64,000 nt of DNA from Rhodosorus marinus CCMP1338 (taxonomy: Eukaryota; Plantae; Rhodophyta), in contig JAMWBK010000007.1 in assembly GCA_029953675.1 (NCBI GenBank), forward strand, positions 2,148,800 to 2,212,799, written 5' to 3'. Position 1 is the first letter of the stretch. Each line of letters starts with the position of its first letter. Positions 63,533 through 64,000 of this stretch are shown one piece after another. Under the pieces are notes generated by a model. It saw nothing but the letters and a program-made list of their open reading frames with translations, ran no database searches and was not told the DNA's origin. Both the position numbers and the translations under genes were made by a program.

Positions 63533-64000
63533 GGTTACGTTAGTCTGGGGTTACGTTAGTCTGGGGTTACGTTAGTCTGGGGTTACGATAGTCTGGGGTT
63601 ACGTTAGTCTGGGGTTACGTTAGTCTGGGGTTACGATAGTCTGGGGTTACGTTAGTCTGGGGTTACGTTAGTCTGGGGTTACGTTAGTCTGGGGTTACGT
63701 TAGTCTGGGGTTACGTTAGTCTGGGGTTACGTTAGTCTGGGGTTACGTTAGTCTGGGGTTACGTTAGTCTGGGGTTACGTTAGTCTGGGGTTACGTTAGT
63801 CTGGGGTTACGTTAGTCTGGGGTTACGTTAGTCTGGGGTTACGTTAGTCTGGGGTTACGTTAGTCTGGGGTTACGTTAGTCTGGGGTTACGTTAGTCTGG
63901 GGTTACGTTAGTCTGGGGTTACGTTAGTCTGGGGTTACGTTAGTCTGGGGTTACGTTAGTCTGGGGTTACGTTAGTCTGGGGTTACGTTAGTCTGGGTTA
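63533..64000 (+). repeat. Terminal tandem array (GGGGTTACGTTAGTCT)n, about 29 units, likely telomere
   Basis: Homogeneous 16-bp unit with the G-rich strand running 5'->3' toward the window end; two T>A variant units at 63588 and 63636. Confidence 0.9.

Noticed and set aside
63533-64000. CRISPR-like array
   Set aside because: Contiguous repeats with no spacers, in a eukaryotic context

Overview
The window is the last 64 kb of a eukaryotic chromosome arm, or an assembled end. It terminates in about 29 copies of an unusual 16-bp G-rich repeat, (GGGGTTACGTTAGTCT)n. The host is probably a red alga; this is an inference from GFV/AFV-type plastid transit peptides and short GT-AG introns with CTAAC-like branch points. 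Positions 1-47 kb hold ordinary intron-containing housekeeping genes (INCENP, SAPS/PP6 regulator, C2H2 zinc finger, acetyl-CoA transporter, RPL9, SAM methyltransferase, N-acetylglutamate synthase, gelsolin-like protein, mL49, V-ATPase C, PDH E2). They are interrupted by a decayed Copia element with an inverted topology. The distal 16 kb (48.1-63.5 kb) is a same-strand stack of CRE-like non-LTR retrotransposons (RT plus C-terminal CCHC/restriction-like endonuclease) from at least two lineages: A/C and B. The elements are punctuated by short perfect or variant telomere tracts and all point toward the terminal array. This is the candidate new system: telomere-repeat-associated retroelements on a 16-bp telomere. 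Supporting details are non-canonical xHDD RT motifs, a shared CAGTAAAG 3' motif, a microhomology-seeded telomere-addition junction, a possible ~120-bp non-autonomous partner, and inverted C-strand telomere fragments at both ends of the distal element. Analogous systems are known (MoTeR, Cnl1, Zepp), so novelty needs database checks that I could not run.
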